Source: a virus
Taxonomy: Duplodnaviria > Caudoviricetes
Virus record (IMG/VR): IMGVR_UViG_2595698293_000001
Coordinates: 224,001 to 288,000 of that record
Direction: 5' to 3' (one strand)
Length of the DNA stretch: 64,000 nucleotides
Shown: piece after piece, positions 58,581-64,000 of the stretch
Layout: every line of letters begins with the position of its first letter
How positions within the stretch are numbered: the first letter of the stretch is position 1
Position numbers and translations under genes: made by a program
The notes under the pieces: generated by a model
Databases searched by the model: none
The model's input: only the letters and a program-made list of their open reading frames with translations
What the model was told of the DNA's origin: nothing

Positions 58581-59186
58581 ATGAATACTAATAGTAATAC
58601 TTATTTTCGTTATCTACGTCTGGGTCTATCTCTTCGTCCAGTACGTGGTTATTGTGATGATCTGGAAGATTTTGAATACGCGTGGGCTGTTCATTGTGAA
58701 AATGTACAATACGTACTTAATGATTTTGGTGAATTTGAAAAAGATAATGATGCAACTTCAATGATGAATGCAATTGATAATCTTGATTGTATTGCTAATT
58801 CAGATCGTCATGAAACAGTACTTGCAGTACAAAAATATATTGAAAGCAATCTGAGCAAGCCAGTTTGGTGCATGGTAAGCACTGAAGAACAACTTGGAAT
58901 TACTTTTGGTACTGAAGATGGTTATGTTGCACAATTAATTATGGATTTTAGTACTGAAGAAAAATTCATTTCTTATCGTGATAAAATTTATCAAGCACTA
59001 TTACGCAGTGGTATCAGTGAAGATCAAGTACCAGAAATTGCACCAATGAAAGATTTCTTCCTTATCCCAAGTGATGAAAAATATGATGCAATGTTTTATA
59101 AAATGAATGTGCCAGGTGTTATTGTTGAACATTTTGATGATGATAATACTGAGTGGTTGGACTTGGGTGATGACGAAGACGATTGA
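58581..59186 (+). CDS. hypothetical acidic protein
   Basis: AAGGA RBS. Confidence 0.8.
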   Translation: MNTNSNTYFRYLRLGLSLRPVRGYCDDLEDFEYAWAVHCENVQYVLNDFGEFEKDNDATSMMNAIDNLDCIANSDRHETVLAVQKYIESNLSKPVWCMVSTEEQLGITFGTEDGYVAQLIMDFSTEEKFISYRDKIYQALLRSGISEDQVPEIAPMKDFFLIPSDEKYDAMFYKMNVPGVIVEHFDDDNTEWLDLGDDEDD

Positions 59187-59334
59187 TGATTTTTATTGCT
59201 TTATAGAAAATACAACTGCACTATTAGAGTATTTTGACAATAATCCTTATCATAAAATATTAGTGCAGGTTTATGATGATCTTTTTTATGAATATGGTAA
59301 CTATTTTGATTGGTTCGCACATCTTAGTACATAA
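59170..59334 (+). CDS. small hypothetical protein
   Basis: overlap chain; start inferred. Confidence 0.5.
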   Translation: MTKTIDDFYCFIENTTALLEYFDNNPYHKILVQVYDDLFYEYGNYFDWFAHLST

Positions 59335-59596
59335 CTTTTTATTACTTCTTAATAACAAAATACAAATTAACTATATTTTCAGAGATGATCCTTTATATAA
59401 AAATGAAATCTCTGATATATACAAGAATATGACAACTGAAATCTATCATTATTACATGAATAAAAAATTCAAGTGCTATTATATCAAAGCAATTGTAAAA
59501 CCAGCAAGGTTATATATATGCACTAAAAATGATATGGTTAGTAAAGTTATAGATATCAAAGATTTAAAAGATGAGGTTCTTAGGGATGAATGGTAA
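59273..59596 (+). CDS. hypothetical protein (family B-like; start uncertain)
   Basis: ORF. Confidence 0.6.
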   Translation: MMIFFMNMVTILIGSHILVHNFLLLLNNKIQINYIFRDDPLYKNEISDIYKNMTTEIYHYYMNKKFKCYYIKAIVKPARLYICTKNDMVSKVIDIKDLKDEVLRDEW

Positions 59597-59903
59597 TGAA
59601 TGTGTGAAAAAGAAAATAGAATTTATACAAATGACATGTAAGGTAATTTTCGATTTAGCACACAATACCAATATGCCAACCTTGTTCAAAGAAGAATTAT
59701 TATTAAGTACTGAGGTTATTTTTGAAGAATATTTCAGTACTAAATTATATTTAAAATATGGTAACTTTTACAAAATTCACGGCTTTACTATATGTAGTTC
59801 AAATGGAAGTGTCCATATTACAACTTCATACGGCTATTTCGAATTAACAGAAAGTACTGTAAAAAATTTATATGAATATCCATCAAAAATGAGAGTAAAT
59901 TAA
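59586..59903 (+). CDS. hypothetical protein (family B-like)
   Basis: GAGG RBS. Confidence 0.65.
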   Translation: MNGNECVKKKIEFIQMTCKVIFDLAHNTNMPTLFKEELLLSTEVIFEEYFSTKLYLKYGNFYKIHGFTICSSNGSVHITTSYGYFELTESTVKNLYEYPSKMRVN

Positions 59904-60103
59904 TGAAAAAATGTTCGTGTTGTGGATCTACTCAAATTGCACGTTTTCGATTAGATTCTGATTGGGCCGTTGGTTGTGGTGATTTCTACCCAGTTAATGA
60001 TGATTCAGAATATACTGAAGAACAACTGAAAGATTTTGATAATAGTTGGAGACCAGATTTTGAGTTTCTATATTGTTTGAATTGTAATTCGGTACAGGAA
60101 TGA
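59903..60103 (+). CDS. small Zn-ribbon protein
   Basis: CSCCG...CLNC. Confidence 0.7.
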   Translation: MKKCSCCGSTQIARFRLDSDWAVGCGDFYPVNDDSEYTEEQLKDFDNSWRPDFEFLYCLNCNSVQE

Positions 60104-60369
60104 TTAAACCACATTATCATTGTATTCACTACTTAGGAACGACTATTTGTAATGAATTTACGAAAAATAAACATCATCAATTCAGTACTGTAATACGTGA
60201 TATATTGTTATACATTGAAAAAGAATTAACATTATTTTATAAAAATACCGTATATACTTATTGTAATAAAAAGTACAAAATACTCAATTTATCATTTGAT
60301 GATAGAGGATTTTTATATGTAATGAGTACTGAATATTATACTCATTTGGTTCTGCATACGGATTTATAA
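60100..60369 (+). CDS. hypothetical protein (paralog of 60369 ORF)
   Basis: IRDILLYIEKEL. Confidence 0.7.
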   Translation: MIKPHYHCIHYLGTTICNEFTKNKHHQFSTVIRDILLYIEKELTLFYKNTVYTYCNKKYKILNLSFDDRGFLYVMSTEYYTHLVLHTDL

Positions 60370-60638
60370 TGAACAAACAATTATTATATTGTAAAGTGGT
60401 TTATTACTTGACTAATTCAGTACTGAATATGAATAACACACATTTTAACTATTCACTATGTATTAGAAGTATTTTAGATAACATAGAAGATGAACTAAAT
60501 GTGTTATATACTGGAAAAACATTCACAAAAAACAATATCCGACACAAATGTAATGGTATTGTTATAACATATGGGCGTATATTTGCTTTATACGGTATAC
60601 GTTACACTTGCTATTTTCATAGGGCTAAATTTAAATGA
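60369..60638 (+). CDS. hypothetical protein (paralog of 60100 ORF)
   Basis: IRSILDNIEDEL. Confidence 0.7.
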   Translation: MNKQLLYCKVVYYLTNSVLNMNNTHFNYSLCIRSILDNIEDELNVLYTGKTFTKNNIRHKCNGIVITYGRIFALYGIRYTCYFHRAKFK

Positions 60639-61252
60639 AAACAGATTATTCAAAACTAAGAACAAAACTTTATGGAATTATAGAGGGGCTATCTCTAATC
60701 GATCCAAAGTACTATGAATTGCGTCGTTTACTTGCATTCGCCGAACAATATCATTGTAATACACGAAAAGATGGTTCTGAAGAATTCTCTCATCAATTGC
60801 AAATGCTTGGATTGGCTCTTACGCTTCATGAATCGCTGTGTAAGCCGTTTGAAGTATACATGGCAATTGTATCTCATGATTTAATCGAAGACTATCCAGA
60901 AGCTTCTGAAACGCTTGAGATGTTATTCCCTGATGTAATCCAATATAGTCGTAAACTGGCTAAATTTAAAGATTCAAATACTGATGAAGATTCATACTAT
61001 GGATACTTTAATCAGCTTTCTAATTGTCAAGTATGTTCAATTGTAAAACTAGTAGATAGAGTGCACAATTTGAGTACCGCACCTGGTGTATTCAGTACAG
61101 AAAAAATTATAAGTTATTGTGATGAAACTGATAAGTATTTCTTTGATATGATAAAAAAATCCAAAGTTATGTTCAATCAGCGTTCAGCTTATGAAGTTCT
61201 AAAATTCATGTTGAATACCGAAGTCAGTACTATCAGGAATTTATTAAAATGA
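60635..61252 (+). CDS. HD-domain phosphohydrolase, SpoT/Mesh1 (p)ppGpp hydrolase-like
   Basis: AEQYH...RKDG...H, HDLIED, VKLVDRVHNL. Confidence 0.85.
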   Translation: MKTDYSKLRTKLYGIIEGLSLIDPKYYELRRLLAFAEQYHCNTRKDGSEEFSHQLQMLGLALTLHESLCKPFEVYMAIVSHDLIEDYPEASETLEMLFPDVIQYSRKLAKFKDSNTDEDSYYGYFNQLSNCQVCSIVKLVDRVHNLSTAPGVFSTEKIISYCDETDKYFFDMIKKSKVMFNQRSAYEVLKFMLNTEVSTIRNLLK

Positions 61253-61455
61253 AAATAGTTTTAGAATTTGCATTTATTATTTTTGGTTTCATTTGGTTCA
61301 CTGCTATTTCAATTTTTGCTGGATATCTCATTATTAAACCGGATATGTTGATTTTCTACTGGATTTTGACTTTAATTGCATTCATCAGTGTTGTCTGTTT
61401 GTCTTATAAACTGGTATATCTATATGCAGATGAAATCAAAAAATATAACACTTAG
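61249..61455 (+). CDS. small two-TM membrane protein
   Basis: two hydrophobic helices. Confidence 0.7.
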   Translation: MKIVLEFAFIIFGFIWFTAISIFAGYLIIKPDMLIFYWILTLIAFISVVCLSYKLVYLYADEIKKYNT

Positions 61456-61562
61456 TTGGCTTTATGTTGAAAAGATTTAAAATCGATATTGAATAAACAT
61501 TTCTCCTTGTGATATAATACTATATGTAAAAGGATTTTACATAAGCACAAGGAGAGTCAAAG

Positions 61563-62291
61563 ATGATAGATAATTTAGCATTTGCATCCGAAATGGCTAA
61601 TCAGTTGAACATGAGCAATTTTCAGAGTCTTACGCCAGTGATGGCGGAATATGCTGTTGCTCATGCCACCTGTGGTGAACAAGTTGGATCAGCAAATTTA
61701 TTGGCTGATGTATTCAGTACTGTACAAAGTACCCAATACAGTGTTAAAATGTATAGGGATAAGTTTGTACAGTTGTATATGCTTGATGTAATAAAAGAAG
61801 AACCAGAATGGACTGATTTTATTATTGAGCGTAGGATTAGTGGTGTTTCTAATCCAGATAAAGACGCAGTACAAGTATTTGATGAAATACTTCAAGATGT
61901 ATATAGTAATGAACAAAAAAGTCTAAATCAATACAATGTACGTTCTACCAAGACAGTGCTCGTGGGATTTGATGAAGATGAAGAATATTACTATTTTCGT
62001 TGTACTGAAGTAGATTTTAAATACGAAACTCCCAGTACAGTGAAAGTTAAAGAATTTACTGAAAAGAGTAAAAACTTCAAAAAACATTCTTCTAATATTA
62101 GTAATATAGTTGGTTATAATAAAGATGGTATTGATATATATCAATGGGTACATCCAAATAATTCAACTTATACCAGATGTTTAAAGAAACGTTATAATTT
62201 AAAACAAGAAGAATCATTTTATTTTAAGATAAAGAAACATTCTTATCAACGACCTGATGAATCAGTGTTACTTGGTATGATTTACTTCTGA
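61563..62291 (+). CDS. hypothetical protein
   Basis: AAGGAG RBS, upstream TATAAT. Confidence 0.8.
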   Translation: MIDNLAFASEMANQLNMSNFQSLTPVMAEYAVAHATCGEQVGSANLLADVFSTVQSTQYSVKMYRDKFVQLYMLDVIKEEPEWTDFIIERRISGVSNPDKDAVQVFDEILQDVYSNEQKSLNQYNVRSTKTVLVGFDEDEEYYYFRCTEVDFKYETPSTVKVKEFTEKSKNFKKHSSNISNIVGYNKDGIDIYQWVHPNNSTYTRCLKKRYNLKQEESFYFKIKKHSYQRPDESVLLGMIYF

Positions 62292-62297
62292 TTAGCA

Positions 62298-62331
62298 GTC
62301 CAGTACAATATAAGTACTGGACATTTTTTTT
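62298..62331 (+). terminator. intrinsic terminator
   Basis: GTCCAGTAC...GTACTGGAC-A-T8. Confidence 0.8.
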
Positions 62332-62342
62332 AAGGTAAAAAA

Positions 62343-62621
62343 TTGAATATATTACAAAAAGTCAATTTATTTGGAAAAGCGTATGTAAATGCTTTTTATG
62401 ATATTGATAAACGTTATGAATATGCTAATTTTTTAAATAGAGAAATTGAATTTAGTAGAATGAATAGGTTATTGTCTGGTAAACGAGTAACTATTATTTT
62501 TAATGGTTATCAGGGATATATTAATCAAATTCGCCATCTAGATAAGAAAATTTTTGCATTCGTTTATACTAATAATGGAAATTTATTGGTTAATGTATCT
62601 TTTTTGGAATTGATTGAATGA
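62343..62621 (+). CDS. hypothetical protein (paralog cluster)
   Basis: TTG start, AAGG RBS. Confidence 0.7.
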   Translation: MNILQKVNLFGKAYVNAFYDIDKRYEYANFLNREIEFSRMNRLLSGKRVTIIFNGYQGYINQIRHLDKKIFAFVYTNNGNLLVNVSFLELIE

Positions 62622-62902
62622 AATTAATAGACCAAGTTATTCTTTATAAGAAAGTATTTGATTATATGGAAGATTTTCTTGATGGTACACATTATGAATG
62701 TTGCATTTATGTTACATGGAAAAAGAATGTAATGGAAATAGAAAAAGCTACTATTTCTAAAATAGTTCGAGTAAAAAGCCTTGATATTATCGGTACTATC
62801 ATTGAACTTAATATAGGAAGATATTTTGCATTTTTTGGTGTAAAAGTACCTGAAAATGATTTTGCTCTTATAATTTCATTAGATGATATTGAGTTTCTTT
62901 GA
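62618..62902 (+). CDS. hypothetical protein (paralog cluster)
   Basis: ATGA overlap. Confidence 0.7.
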   Translation: MKLIDQVILYKKVFDYMEDFLDGTHYECCIYVTWKKNVMEIEKATISKIVRVKSLDIIGTIIELNIGRYFAFFGVKVPENDFALIISLDDIEFL

Positions 62903-62931
62903 TTTTTATCTATTTGGTAATACAGAATATT

Positions 62932-63243
62932 ATGGATAAATTACACAAAGCATTATTATTTTTAAAAGCATATAGCTATGAGTACTTACAAAGTCATGGA
63001 AGATGGAATGGTAGTTATAAGGATTTGTATTCATCTGTTTTTCTCAATGAAGTAAATCTTGTGATATCAGAGGTACAAAAATTATATAAAAGAAAACTTG
63101 TGCATACGAGATTTGGTATTGGAATTATTATTGATATATTTTGCTTCACATACGGTACCCTTTTTGCTACAATCGAAACAATAATAGAGAGCAAACCACA
63201 AACAATAGTATTAAAATTAAGTGAGATATACCTAGATGAATGA
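62932..63243 (+). CDS. hypothetical protein (paralog cluster)
   Basis: start corrected. Confidence 0.65.
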   Translation: MDKLHKALLFLKAYSYEYLQSHGRWNGSYKDLYSSVFLNEVNLVISEVQKLYKRKLVHTRFGIGIIIDIFCFTYGTLFATIETIIESKPQTIVLKLSEIYLDE

Positions 63244-63508
63244 ACATTTTAATAGAATACAATTAATCACCCAACTTCTACAAATGGTTGATGACACATT
63301 TGATGAATTAAAAAATAATCTTATGAATAAGAAAATCAAATGTAAGGTATATATGAATGATGGTGATTATTTCGATATGCGTGAAGTTGAAGTAACTGGA
63401 ATTGTTACTAATATTACTTTATATGAATATGATCTAACTATTACAGTGAAAATCGACGAAGGTCGTGAATATTACGTTTGTAATCAACATATTGAGGTGG
63501 TTGAATGA
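63236..63508 (+). CDS. hypothetical protein
   Basis: overlap chain. Confidence 0.7.
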   Translation: MNEHFNRIQLITQLLQMVDDTFDELKNNLMNKKIKCKVYMNDGDYFDMREVEVTGIVTNITLYEYDLTITVKIDEGREYYVCNQHIEVVE

Positions 63509-64000
63509 GTGTAGTAGAAATTTATAATGATTTAATGAATTTAGTACAAAATAATGAAGCATTTGAATATAAAGATCAGCGTTCAATTGGTGGTGGTTTG
63601 TATAGAATCTTTTCTTATCGAATGGCCTCATATACTGATTTCTGCGAACCAAATGCTAAAGAAACACGTGGTTCAATGTGGGAAATTAGTGAAGATGGTA
63701 AAATGATTCGTTGTGCAGCACGTACTATGAATAAGTTTTTTAATGCATATGAAAACCCATTCACGATGTTTGATAAAAATATGCTTAGTACTGAAATTGA
63801 AGTGGCGATGGATAAACGCGACGGTTCTATTATCAGTACTTTCAGAGATAATGACGGAATTATTCGTTGTAAATCTCACACTTCTCTATCTTCAGAACAC
63901 GCAATTAATAGTAATGCTATCATGCTTCCTGGTTCTAGTTTATATCAATACGTAGAAGAAGCTGAACTTCAACAATATACCGTGAACCTCGAATATACTT
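63505..64000 (+). CDS. rnlA: RNA ligase 1 (T4 Rnl1/gp63-like), truncated by the window end; not in ORF track
   Basis: manual translation MSVVEIYNDLMNL...YRIFSYRMASYTDF...ETRG...KFFNAYENPFTM...KRDGSIIST matches T4 Rnl1 (YRIFSY, ECRG, KFFNLNENPFTM, KEDGS motif I). Confidence 0.92.
   Translation, partial: MSVVEIYNDLMNLVQNNEAFEYKDQRSIGGGLYRIFSYRMASYTDFCEPNAKETRGSMWEISEDGKMIRCAARTMNKFFNAYENPFTMFDKNMLSTEIEVAMDKRDGSIISTFRDNDGIIRCKSHTSLSSEHAINSNAIMLPGSSLYQYVEEAELQQYTVNLEYT

Noticed and set aside
2776-63879. Minus-strand ORFs in the track (e.g. 6232-6723, 13106-13474, 46556-46954)
   Set aside because: They are antisense shadows of well-supported + strand genes, or they run through regulatory repeats and lack an RBS.
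63743-63955. 70-aa + strand ORF in the track
   Set aside because: It is out of frame inside the RNA ligase gene starting at 63505.

Overview
AT-rich, gene-dense segment of a large lytic dsDNA phage. It is probably an enterobacterial jumbo myophage of the RaK2/121Q/GAP32 type; this is inferred from organisation and gene content, not from a database search. Essentially all real genes are on the + strand. (1) About 1-20.5 kb is an early, possibly first-injected or terminal-repeat module. It has short genes, most with their own consensus sigma70 promoter carrying the palindrome (C)AGTACT(G) and often a 5' leader hairpin, and it encodes an H-NS/MvaT-like protein, an ADP-ribosyltransferase-like protein, a ParE-like protein and a protein kinase. 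It also holds rich non-coding structure: about 12-14 separately promoted ~45-nt two-hairpin RNA units, an array of Fur boxes, CpxR-type GTAAA-N5-GTAAA boxes and a ~450-nt structured RNA candidate. (2) About 20.9-55.6 kb is a tightly packed array of more than 80 small genes dominated by three paralog families: A (EExxFQYST motif, ~35 members), B (MTKxEY...KY) and C (ExxL...LGTxxQ). (3) About 55.6-64 kb has a ~600-nt structured non-coding region with CsrA-consensus sites, a Dam-family methyltransferase, an HxGH nucleotidyltransferase, an HD-domain (p)ppGpp-hydrolase-like protein and the start of a T4 Rnl1-like RNA ligase. No tRNA, rRNA, CRISPR array or transposase was recognised.
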